Positions 41,064-49,529 are shown, numbered from the stretch's first letter. The stretch is 64,000 nt of DNA from Candidatus Gastranaerophilaceae bacterium (GCA_051875105.1 JBJEGN010000108.1:501-64500), one strand, 5' to 3'. Program-made: numbers and translations. Notes: generated by a model from the sequence alone, not told the origin.

Positions 41064-41129
41064 TAATCGAACCCTTAAAATTAAATCAAGACAATAAAAA
41101 AGAGCCTTTAAAGGCTCTTATGTTTTAAA
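41064..41129 (-). repeat. ~66-nt tRNA 3'-trailer module, copy A (homologous to 50877-50942)
   Basis: The reverse complement aligns with the tRNA-Ala trailer. The first 41 nt are identical except one position (TTAAAACATAAGAGCC[T/A]TTAAAGGCTCTTTTTTATTGTCTT), followed by about 25 nt of partial identity. Confidence 0.85.
41094..41120 (-). terminator. intrinsic terminator after tRNA-Met
   Basis: AAGAGCC-TTTAA-AGGCTCTT hairpin followed by TTTTTT on the minus strand. Confidence 0.7.
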
Positions 41130-41204
41130 TGGTGGGCCCGGTAGGATTCGAACCTACGACCAAAGGATTATGAGTCCTCTGCGCTACCGCTGCGCCACAA
41201 GCCC
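41130..41204 (-). tRNA. tRNA-Met or tRNA-Ile2 (anticodon CAU), CCA encoded
   Basis: Acceptor GGGCTTG/CGGGCCC with a paired 1-72 position (so not an initiator), anticodon loop CTCATAA, T-loop TTCGAAT, terminal CCA. Confidence 0.9.
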
Positions 41205-41521
41205 ATCATTCGTTATTCAATTTTTTTAAAGATGCGGTAGCTTCTGCGCTACCTACCTCTCGGGACGCCGATACTCAATCGGCTGTTGCTTTTATTTTTT
41301 ACTATCAGAGCCTGTACTTTTATCTGCTTCTCAGCAACCCCTCGGCAGAGTGCCACAAGCCCATCATTCGTTATTCAATTTTTTTAAAGATGCGGTAGCT
41401 TCTGCGCTACCTACCTCTCGGGACGCCGATATTCAATCGGCTGTTGCTTTTATTTTTTACTATCAGAGCCTGTACCTTTTATCTGCTTCTCAGCAACCCC
41501 TCGGCAGAGTGCCACAAGCCC
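41194..41521 (-). repeat. tandem direct repeat, two units of 158/159 nt plus an 11-nt partial, upstream of tRNA-Met
   Basis: GCCACAAGCCC occurs at 41194, 41352 and 41511. The units differ by one C/T substitution and a 1-nt indel. Each unit begins (minus strand) with tRNA positions 1-11 and also contains tRNA positions 17-27 (GGTAGCGCAGA). Confidence 0.92.
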
Positions 41522-41534
41522 TTCCGGTAATTTA

Positions 41535-41563
41535 AAATTATCATAAAGGCTTTGCTAAGTCAA
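41535..41563 (-). promoter_or_regulatory. near-consensus sigma70-type promoter driving the repeat array and tRNA-Met
   Basis: The minus strand reads TTGACT, then 17 nt, then TAATTT with a TG extension. The -10 element ends 14 nt before the first GGGCTTGTGGC. Confidence 0.55.
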
Positions 41564-41612
41564 GTGTATTCATACTCCTGTTATTTCATCATAAATATCA
41601 ATCATTCTAAAA

Positions 41613-41915
41613 CTATTTTTTGAAATATTTTGTTAAATATTCCATAATTTGATATTTCGTATGAAATCCGGAAAATCTTCCACTTTCTTTTCCATTTTGA
41701 AAAACAATAAATGTTGGATATCCTGTTATTCCATATCGCATGACTATTTCCGGAGTTTCCTCCGCATTTAGCATTCCAAATTCAATTTCTTTCATTTCGT
41801 TTAATACAGAAAATTGTTTTGAGCAGTATCCACACCAAATAGCATAAAATTCAACAATTTTAAGACCTGTAGATATATAATTATCAAATGTAGTACCATT
41901 TAATTTTGTTATCAT
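41613..41915 (-). CDS. thioredoxin-family protein
   Basis: WCGYC active-site motif. I set the start at MITKLNG, which is preceded by AAAGGAGAAAAG. Confidence 0.75.
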   Translation of the reverse strand: MITKLNGTTFDNYISTGLKIVEFYAIWCGYCSKQFSVLNEMKEIEFGMLNAEETPEIVMRYGITGYPTFIVFQNGKESGRFSGFHTKYQIMEYLTKYFKK

Positions 41916-41979
41916 CTTTTCTCCTTTTTGGGGAAAGTATAACAAAATCAATGATTGAAACTATCAGTCAAATGGATAC

Positions 41980-42465
41980 CTATATCTCGGTTATATTATC
42001 TTCAATAAGATATTTCATTTCTTCGTGAAAGTCTGCTTGAGCAATCTTTTCGATAGGAAGTTTTATATATTTGACAATGCCATCGGCATATACTATTCCT
42101 TCTTTATCCATAATCGAAACTTCTGCAATAAAGAATTTCGACAAATCTTTTACTACAATCCCTTTGCCGATTAAATCAGTTTCATAGGGAACAGGTTTAC
42201 GAAATTTTGTTTCCATTGACATTGTTGCACCAAGCATTGTTTCGTCTTTACACCAATAAGCTCTAAATGCAAGTTCATCTATCATTGTAGCTATTAAGCC
42301 GCCATGAACTCTTTGAGGAAAACTTTGATGGACCTTTCTATATTGAAATTTTGTCATTACAGAGCCATCTTCCATATTGTAAAACTGTGCTTTTAAACCT
42401 TCCGGATTTTCCATTCCGCAAATATAACACATCTTGCTGTTTCTTTGTTTACCTACAACCTTCAT
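41980..42465 (-). CDS. PaaI-family (hotdog fold) thioesterase
   Basis: 161 aa with VHGGLIATMIDE, typical of the PaaI/YbgC-like hotdog fold. Confidence 0.7.
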   Translation of the reverse strand: MKVVGKQRNSKMCYICGMENPEGLKAQFYNMEDGSVMTKFQYRKVHQSFPQRVHGGLIATMIDELAFRAYWCKDETMLGATMSMETKFRKPVPYETDLIGKGIVVKDLSKFFIAEVSIMDKEGIVYADGIVKYIKLPIEKIAQADFHEEMKYLIEDNITEI

Positions 42466-42478
42466 TTTGACCTATTTT

Positions 42479-43636
42479 CTACTGAGAAATATCATCTGTA
42501 TCTTCCGCTTGTTGAACCGATTTTTCCAAAAATTCATTTCTGTTGTCTTCATCAACTGTAAGCATTCCTAACTCACTTCTATCAGAATTATTAAAAATTT
42601 CCGCATAATCATACGTATAAATCCTGCCAAAGTCAATTTTTCCGTTCGTCATTGACTCCAAAACAATTCTACCGACAATCGGAGTCGGCATTGTTATACC
42701 TGAAAAATATTTCATATTGGGGGAAATTGCCTCATTTGTAATGGGACAAGGATATTCAAAGTCAAAGACAGGGGCAAATTTACTTATTTCATCTTTCCAT
42801 TCAAAATATGTATTATATATACCAATTTTTTTCATTAATTGCATATTCATTAAATGAGAAGGCATTATAAATACATACAAATCCTTTTCCTGTTCGGCAC
42901 AAATTCTTTGAAGTTCTTCTACTACATTAACAAAAGTTTTGTCGTATTGAAAATTTTCATAAATTCCTGTATATTCTATAACGGAATTTTCCATTGTATT
43001 TTTTATATTTTCATCAGGGCAAACTATTTTTATCCCATTAAAATCAAACATACCCGATTTTTTTCCAATGGCATTGATGAAAAGAGTATAAATAGATTCT
43101 CTCACACCGGATAAAGAGAACAATGACGTATAAATTTCCGATAACGTTAAATATCCATTTTTAACAGTTTTGAACTTTTTTATTTTTTTATTTTTTTCTT
43201 TATCAAAAGTCACAAAATCCAAGTTTACAAATACATTTTTAATTTCAGGATGAATTTTCAATGCAGATTGCAAAACGGCAGGATAGTCTTTTATTGAATA
43301 CCCGGAACTCGCCAAATTTACAGCATCTAATCCTGTTATATTTTTATATTCATTTACGTCAATAGAAAAATCAGCCTTTTGAGAACCGATAAAAACCGTA
43401 TTTATTTTTCTTGAATCCAATTTTAAAGAAATAATTTTCGATTTAATCAAATGTTTTTTAGCCATTGGTTTTATTGATATTGCAGCATTTTTTTGCAAAG
43501 GAAAAATATTATAAGGATTTACAAAAAAATTTATTGTAGCAGAAAATAATAAATAAATGACGAAAATTATAAAAATTTTCACCTTATACCTGTTAATTTT
43601 GTTCCATACTACAATACAAAAATTTTTCATAAGCAA
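42479..43636 (-). CDS. membrane-anchored hypothetical protein (possibly a DltD/SGNH-like acyl-transfer accessory protein)
   Basis: An N-terminal TM anchor followed by a ~340-aa extracytoplasmic domain. The resemblance to DltD-type proteins rests only on size and topology. Confidence 0.45.
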   Translation of the reverse strand: MLMKNFCIVVWNKINRYKVKIFIIFVIYLLFSATINFFVNPYNIFPLQKNAAISIKPMAKKHLIKSKIISLKLDSRKINTVFIGSQKADFSIDVNEYKNITGLDAVNLASSGYSIKDYPAVLQSALKIHPEIKNVFVNLDFVTFDKEKNKKIKKFKTVKNGYLTLSEIYTSLFSLSGVRESIYTLFINAIGKKSGMFDFNGIKIVCPDENIKNTMENSVIEYTGIYENFQYDKTFVNVVEELQRICAEQEKDLYVFIMPSHLMNMQLMKKIGIYNTYFEWKDEISKFAPVFDFEYPCPITNEAISPNMKYFSGITMPTPIVGRIVLESMTNGKIDFGRIYTYDYAEIFNNSDRSELGMLTVDEDNRNEFLEKSVQQAEDTDDISQ

Positions 43637-43648
43637 TTTATCAATATT

Positions 43649-43684
43649 AAAAAATAAAACCCCGCAAGAACAAAAATTGCGGGG
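43649..43684 (-). terminator. intrinsic terminator after skp
   Basis: CCCCGCAA...TTGCGGGG stem followed by TTTTATTTTTT on the minus strand. Confidence 0.75.
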
Positions 43685-43698
43685 TCAAAATGAATAAA

Positions 43699-44160
43699 CT
43701 ATTTTACAACCTTGATTACGTCATTTGTAATATCTGTACCTTGAGTTGAATATAAAACAACACCTTTAGCAAGTACAAGGTCATATCCTTTTGCTTTTGC
43801 TTGTTGAGCAATAACAGCAGAAATATTTTTATCTATACCTGCAAGTTGCGCAGCGTAATTCTTTTCCATAGCTACTTTTTTGTCATTCAATTCTTTGTTC
43901 AACTTAGTTTCAAGAGCTTTTTTCTTGTCAGCATTCTTTTCTGCTTGTAATTGTTTTTGTGCATTTTGTACAAAATTTGCTAATTCTTGAATTTTTACAT
44001 TTTGTTGATTTTTCAAGTTGTTTACTTGTTTTGAAGCAGCAACAACTTGCGGAACATCAACAACCGCATATTTCAAATCAGCAGAAAACGCAGCATTTTG
44101 CATTGAAAAAACTACTGCAACTGCAGCTAATGATGTCATAATTTTTGAAAACTTCTTCAT
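43699..44160 (-). CDS. skp: OmpH/Skp-family periplasmic chaperone
   Basis: Signal peptide, then a DLKYAVVDVPQVV start and a coiled-coil body. 153 aa. Confidence 0.8.
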   Translation of the reverse strand: MKKFSKIMTSLAAVAVVFSMQNAAFSADLKYAVVDVPQVVAASKQVNNLKNQQNVKIQELANFVQNAQKQLQAEKNADKKKALETKLNKELNDKKVAMEKNYAAQLAGIDKNISAVIAQQAKAKGYDLVLAKGVVLYSTQGTDITNDVIKVVK

Positions 44161-44352
44161 GAATGTCCCTCACTTTCTTATGCTTATTCTACATTTTTTT
44201 ATTCTCTTTAGCAAAGATTTAACATTTTTTATAATTATTTTCTTTTAATATTGTTAATAAATGTTACAAAAGTGCATTTTTTCACAATAAAACAGCAAAA
44301 TATATTTTTAGGGATTTTAAACTAAATGTAGTGTGTTAGAAAGTGTGGATAA

Positions 44353-45528
44353 ATGTTTGTAAATGCTATTAATGCGGCTAATGTTGTATTTTCTCAAAAT
44401 TCTATAAAGAAATCAAAAGAAGTTACAAATCCTATAACAGCCGTTTCAAAAGAACCTAAAGTTTCAGCAGATGCAGCATTGAAATCATACTTTTTAGGCG
44501 GTCAAGCGGTAGCATTTAAAGGTTTTGGCTGTTCTACAAGTGATTTTGCAATTAAAAAATTAGATGATGTGCCTTGTTGCTGCTGTGGTGACAGAATGAT
44601 TAGAGGGGAAGAAATTCCGAATGTTGTTCGTAGTTTCACTGCATTGAAGGGAGAGAAACTTGCTGACAAGATTGATAAAGACAAAGATTATTTCAGAGCA
44701 AGCCAAAGAGTTGTTGCTACATTAATGGCGGATGAAGCAAGAAAAAACAACTCATTGGGTGTATCTGGTGCATTTGCAAAAGCTAAACAAAATTTACCGG
44801 AAAAAGTTCAAAATTATTGTATAAATGTTTTAAATGAAGTTTCAGAAGCAGCAAAAACCGCTTACGGAAAAGACGAAAACCCGATGTCAAAGGTTGTCGA
44901 ACAAGAAATTAAAAAAGTTCAATCAGGAAAAATTGAAAGAATTCCTTTCACAGAAAAACTGGAAGCTTTAAAAGGTGATTTGTCACTTGAACAATATGAA
45001 ACAGTTTTAGACAAAGCTATGAACATACCTGAAGGATATAAATCAGTTGAAAAACTTTTCAGTAAGAAAAAGGGAAATGATTCTGATTCAGGAATTATGA
45101 ATAACCTTTTGAAAGGTGCATTACACACAGCAGAACACGTTCATCCGAAATCACTCGGTGGTCCGAATGCTACATCAAATTATCTTGGTGAATGTGCTTT
45201 ATGTAACAATCCGAGAGGAAGCATGTCTTATGCTCAATGGTTAAAAGTTCATCCTGAATACCCGATTAAAGTACAATCACACATTGAATATGTTGAACAA
45301 AAAATCGTAGACGGCGAAATTCCTGCATCTTATGACAGCTATCCCGTTGATATAAACAAAACTTTAACAAAGGAATCAAATGGAGTTATGACCTTGAAAG
45401 TTCTTAATCCTGAAACAATCAAAGAATTAAGAGAACGAAAACAAGCAGGTGAAGATGTAAATGTTTCAGAAGTTACAGCTGAGGTTTACGGTGAAGATAA
45501 AGAAGAAAAAACCGAGGAAGCAGCATAA
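44353..45528 (+). CDS. HNH/His-Me-finger-like protein, paralog A
   Basis: 391 aa with DVPCCCCG plus TAEHVHPKSLGGPNATSNYLGECALCNNPR (CxxC...H...N...CxxC-like). Clear paralog of 53872-55041. Confidence 0.6.
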   Translation: MFVNAINAANVVFSQNSIKKSKEVTNPITAVSKEPKVSADAALKSYFLGGQAVAFKGFGCSTSDFAIKKLDDVPCCCCGDRMIRGEEIPNVVRSFTALKGEKLADKIDKDKDYFRASQRVVATLMADEARKNNSLGVSGAFAKAKQNLPEKVQNYCINVLNEVSEAAKTAYGKDENPMSKVVEQEIKKVQSGKIERIPFTEKLEALKGDLSLEQYETVLDKAMNIPEGYKSVEKLFSKKKGNDSDSGIMNNLLKGALHTAEHVHPKSLGGPNATSNYLGECALCNNPRGSMSYAQWLKVHPEYPIKVQSHIEYVEQKIVDGEIPASYDSYPVDINKTLTKESNGVMTLKVLNPETIKELRERKQAGEDVNVSEVTAEVYGEDKEEKTEEAA

Positions 45529-45562
45529 TTTCGAACATAGCGAGAGAATGAGAATATAAATA

Positions 45563-45592
45563 AACCGCTTTTTTCAAAGCGGCTTTTTTTTA
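45563..45592. terminator. bidirectional intrinsic terminator
   Basis: CCGCTTT-TTTCA-AAGCGG stem with a downstream T-run, between convergent genes. Confidence 0.65.
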
Positions 45593-45838
45593 TTTTAATA
45601 AATCATTATACATTTGAGAATTTTTATATTGAAGTTCTCGTGCCTTTTGGTATTGATTTTGGGTGTTAACAACTTTTTTACGAACTTTATACATATCATT
45701 TATGGGCATAGGAGTTTGAGTTGCTTGAACGGCTGCACTATATTGCTTGTATGTTGCAGGTGAATTTTTTGCATTTGTGTTTACACTTGCTACAAGTACA
45801 AAAATCATAAATAAGTTTATAAAAATCTTTTTATTCAT
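45590..45838 (-). CDS. small secreted hypothetical protein
   Basis: 82 aa with a Sec signal peptide (MNKKIFINLFMIFVLVASVNTNA). Confidence 0.45.
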   Translation of the reverse strand: MNKKIFINLFMIFVLVASVNTNAKNSPATYKQYSAAVQATQTPMPINDMYKVRKKVVNTQNQYQKARELQYKNSQMYNDLLK

Positions 45839-45850
45839 TTTTACTCCTTC

Positions 45851-47557
45851 TTAATAAGGTTTTACAAAACACTGCATTGTATTTGTATCAGCTTTATCAG
45901 CTCTGTTGAAATATTGTGTTTCCCAATCAAGTTTATAATTATTCTTTATGAATTCATAAACAGGATTTCCATCGGAATAAACAAAGGGCTTTCCAAAATT
46001 TGTTAATCCATGTCCATGAGCAATCAAAATCATTTCATAGTCCGTATTCTTAATACTTTCTATAATTTTTTCAGCTCCGATAGCATCGTAATAAAGTCTG
46101 TCTGCCATTGGTAATTTATAATCCAAATCTCTTTGCGTTAAAAAATTTATTGCCATACCTTCAGGGAGTACAAGAATTTTAGATTTTGGAGAAGAGAATT
46201 GATTTATATAATTGATAGCATAAGTAAGAACATCAGCTTCTTTTCTCGGAATTTGAATCATTCCTCGAGGAGTTATAATAGGTGTATCATTTCTTGTTTG
46301 TTGCCATATTGTAAAAACTCCAAAAAATACGAGATAAACAATAAGCATATATTTTGTAAATTGTTTTAAATCATCTTTGCTTAAATATTTGTATTCAGGC
46401 AAATACTTAAATAATAAGACGACAAAAGCTAAAAGTAGTATATGAGCCGTATGTATTCCGTAAGTTGATAAAACCAAAGCCCAAAACATTCTTAAATTTA
46501 AGCCGAGAGCAGCAAGAATTAATATAAATAATGGCTTATCCGAATATATATCAGTTGCCTTAAAAAGTAAAACAGCCAACACTGTTAACGGTAAAAGCAA
46601 AGTATTCATACCAATATTTGTAAAATTAGCCAGACATGCAGAAACTGTAATTGCCAAAATTACCCAAAACGTACCTTTTGTCTTTTTAAACAAAAAATAA
46701 GAAACCAGGTATAATCCTATAGCTTTCGGAATATATTCAAAATACATATTAAAATCACCAATCCTGAATATTCCGCCTGTTTTGCTAATATGATAAATCA
46801 TTGAATCCGTTGTGAAGAATTTTCGCATAAAATTAAAAGAATTAATTAAATCATTAATTGAAACACCTTGTAAAAAAAGAATGCCAAAAGAAATCACCGG
46901 AAAAATTAACGATACTAAAATATTCATAATATTTTGTTTGATACTACAAGGTTTTACGACAAATGTAGTCAATAACAAAATAACCATGAAAATTCCAAAT
47001 TCACTTTTGCAAGCAACGGAAAAACCTGCAATAAGATAACAATACGGTAAAAATTTTACATTATCCGTTTTAAGATATTTTATTAATAAAAATAATGCAA
47101 TTAAATAAGCAGAAATTCCATACGTGAAAGAACAAGAGTACGGTAATTGTAAATTGAACAACGTTCCGTTAAAAGTAGCCCCCACAGCCGTTAAAACTGC
47201 AAATAAAAATGCGAAATTTTTGGATAGAAATTCTCTTGTTATAAAATACAAAGCAAAACAAGTAATTAAAGCATTAATTGTATTGAACATTTCCAATGTC
47301 TGAACATTAATACCAAACAGTTTGTAACCTATTGCATTTATCTGAAAAGCCAATGGAAAATAAATACATAAAATGTCTTTGTATAAAATTTTTCCATCAA
47401 GTATAGCTGCAGGGAAAAGCATTTCTCTGCCTTTATCCGTCAAAATACCGTTAAAACAACCATGAAACAATAAAGAACCGACAACAATCAATACGCTTAT
47501 TATCAATAGATTTATTAAATCAGTTTTCTCGTTATAAATATTTTTTATTTTTTCCAC
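45851..47557 (-). CDS. polytopic membrane protein, GT-C/ArnT-PMT-like glycosyltransferase (putative)
   Basis: 568 aa with more than 10 TM helices and a C-terminal soluble domain. The family assignment is from topology only. Confidence 0.5.
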   Translation of the reverse strand: MEKIKNIYNEKTDLINLLIISVLIVVGSLLFHGCFNGILTDKGREMLFPAAILDGKILYKDILCIYFPLAFQINAIGYKLFGINVQTLEMFNTINALITCFALYFITREFLSKNFAFLFAVLTAVGATFNGTLFNLQLPYSCSFTYGISAYLIALFLLIKYLKTDNVKFLPYCYLIAGFSVACKSEFGIFMVILLLTTFVVKPCSIKQNIMNILVSLIFPVISFGILFLQGVSINDLINSFNFMRKFFTTDSMIYHISKTGGIFRIGDFNMYFEYIPKAIGLYLVSYFLFKKTKGTFWVILAITVSACLANFTNIGMNTLLLPLTVLAVLLFKATDIYSDKPLFILILAALGLNLRMFWALVLSTYGIHTAHILLLAFVVLLFKYLPEYKYLSKDDLKQFTKYMLIVYLVFFGVFTIWQQTRNDTPIITPRGMIQIPRKEADVLTYAINYINQFSSPKSKILVLPEGMAINFLTQRDLDYKLPMADRLYYDAIGAEKIIESIKNTDYEMILIAHGHGLTNFGKPFVYSDGNPVYEFIKNNYKLDWETQYFNRADKADTNTMQCFVKPY

Positions 47558-47580
47558 AACTTTTTCCTATTCTATAAACA

Positions 47581-47610
47581 AAAAAAGCGGAACTTTACGT
47601 TCCGCCTTTT
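47581..47610 (-). terminator. intrinsic terminator after the GH57 gene
   Basis: GCGGAAC-TTTAC-GTTCCGC stem followed by TTTTTT on the minus strand. Confidence 0.7.
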
Positions 47611-47623
47611 AAAATTTCAAAGA

Positions 47624-49342
47624 CTATTTGAGTAATTGAACTTTTTCAACATCTTGAGGGTATTTGCCTTCCGGAATGGTTTTGTAAACTCTGTAATTGA
47701 TGTCTGCAAAGCAGTTATCAATATTTTCAATTTCCGCAAGTTTTTCTTCATTGATGCAGTTAGTTTCAATCATATCAGCGATAAGTTCAAATCTGTGAAC
47801 ATGTTCGTTGAAACGTTCTGTTGCATAATCTTTAGCCTGCCATGTTGTGATAAGGAACGGCCAGTCTGAACTTTGAAGCAAAAGGTTTTCCCTTGCGAGC
47901 TGAGCCAATGCTCTTTGCATAAGTTTATCTTCCGGCATTTTATCGTATTCATCAGCAATTGCAGACATTCTCTTTTCACAACCGTGAATAATAGGCCACA
48001 TCCATTCTGTTAAGTGGTTTTGCCATACATAGAAGTGTCCGCCTTGTCCCCAAGAGCTTTCAGGAATTTGGATAGCTTCTTTTGGCGGGTGTTTTTCGAT
48101 GTATTCACCTGCTGTCATCATTTCAACATCAGGAAGATATTGATTTAATTTTTTGATAACTTGCTTGATGAATTCAACACCTTCAAACCACCAGTGTCCA
48201 AATAATTCAGTATCGAATGATACCATTACCAAACCTTCTTTACCTTTTGCGTTTTTGTAATCATTGAGCAAGTGGTAAATCAATGTTGTATAGTGATCTG
48301 AATTCAAATTAATTTGTGACATAGCAAGAACAGGGTCATAAAGCATTTTTTCACCCAAACCTGCAGATGCAGAAGTAATTCTCCAATAGTGCATGCCCGA
48401 CTTGTCGTCTTTTTTGTGGAATTCTCTGTAGCAGCCATCACCGGGGTAACCATCAGCAGCTGACCAAACTTGATAGCCGGCTCTTTCGTTTCTGCCCATA
48501 ACAGCAACTTGAGCATCAGGAAGCCAATATGCAGAATATGTATCATATCCGGTTGCTTCTCTTTCCGGTAACGGAATGTATTCGATGTTACCGTAAACAC
48601 CTACGACACGTCTGTTACCGATTGAACTGCCGCCTTCGATAACGTGAGATTCAGTGAAGAAGTATTCAATATCGTTATTTTGGAGAGTCAATTCGATAGC
48701 CGGACGCCATTTTTTTTGACCGTCTTTTCCGATATATTCGTAACCTTGTCTGTATGCACATTCAGGCAACCAGCAGCCTTTAGCTTTTTTACCAAAAAGT
48801 TTTTTAGTTGTTTGAGAACCAACCGCAAATTGAGCATTGAGGTTTGCATCTGTTGCCAAAAGCGGTGAAAATCCATGCGTTGCACCTGATGTAGTAATTT
48901 CGATACAGCCTAAATCTTGGTATTTTTTGAAGGCTGAAATCAAATCTTTATTATATTTGTTGATAAAACTGTTTTTAATATGAGTAAACCAATCAAAATA
49001 ATATTTTGCTAAATATTTCAAATGTTGTGAGTTTGCAACATTCGGGTTCGGATATCTTTCCAAATCTTCGGAAACTTGTTTAATTCTTGAATCCAAATAT
49101 TCGACAAATCCGTTTTGTAAGTGTTCATCGATAAGTTGTTCAGCCAAAATCGGAGTAATACCAACCGTTAATTTAGCCTTAATACCTTCTTCTTCGTACA
49201 ATTCCGAAATAGCGTTTAATAACGGAACGTAAGTTTCGCACATACATTCATATAAGTTTTCTTCACCAAACGGCCACATTCCCGCTTTTCTGTAGTACGG
49301 CAAATGGCTGTGAAGCATGAAAACAAATTGTCCGACTGTCAT
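47624..49342 (-). CDS. GH57-family 1,4-alpha-glucan branching enzyme
   Basis: N-terminal FVFMLHSHLPYYRKAG, ~570 aa, and WWFEG and SSDWPF motifs typical of GH57 branching enzymes. Confidence 0.85.
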   Translation of the reverse strand: MTVGQFVFMLHSHLPYYRKAGMWPFGEENLYECMCETYVPLLNAISELYEEEGIKAKLTVGITPILAEQLIDEHLQNGFVEYLDSRIKQVSEDLERYPNPNVANSQHLKYLAKYYFDWFTHIKNSFINKYNKDLISAFKKYQDLGCIEITTSGATHGFSPLLATDANLNAQFAVGSQTTKKLFGKKAKGCWLPECAYRQGYEYIGKDGQKKWRPAIELTLQNNDIEYFFTESHVIEGGSSIGNRRVVGVYGNIEYIPLPEREATGYDTYSAYWLPDAQVAVMGRNERAGYQVWSAADGYPGDGCYREFHKKDDKSGMHYWRITSASAGLGEKMLYDPVLAMSQINLNSDHYTTLIYHLLNDYKNAKGKEGLVMVSFDTELFGHWWFEGVEFIKQVIKKLNQYLPDVEMMTAGEYIEKHPPKEAIQIPESSWGQGGHFYVWQNHLTEWMWPIIHGCEKRMSAIADEYDKMPEDKLMQRALAQLARENLLLQSSDWPFLITTWQAKDYATERFNEHVHRFELIADMIETNCINEEKLAEIENIDNCFADINYRVYKTIPEGKYPQDVEKVQLLK

Positions 49343-49500
49343 TATAATCCTCCTAATTGTTTTTGTTAGTTAATTTTTATATGAAATGCCTGATTAAGTA
49401 GTTAATATTATTTTTATAACACAAACACGAAAAAAATGTTACCCTGACGAAGTAATACCATAGTACTATTTACAAATAGTAACATTAATAATAATAAGGG

Positions 49501-49529
49501 TTTACAGATTTTAAAAAAAACGTTATAAT
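49501..49529 (+). promoter_or_regulatory. candidate promoter upstream of ssrA
   Basis: TTTACA, then 17 nt, then TATAAT, about 100 nt upstream of the mature tmRNA 5' end. Confidence 0.4.

Noticed and set aside
41194-41521. Possibility that the repeat array is a CRISPR array.
   Set aside because: The units are ~158 nt and directly abutting, with no unique spacers. There are no cas genes in the window.
41350-41535. 61-aa ORF inside the tandem repeat upstream of tRNA-Met.
   Set aside because: It lies entirely within repeat DNA on the strand opposite the tRNA and promoter, and it has no RBS. The repeat is better explained as non-coding.
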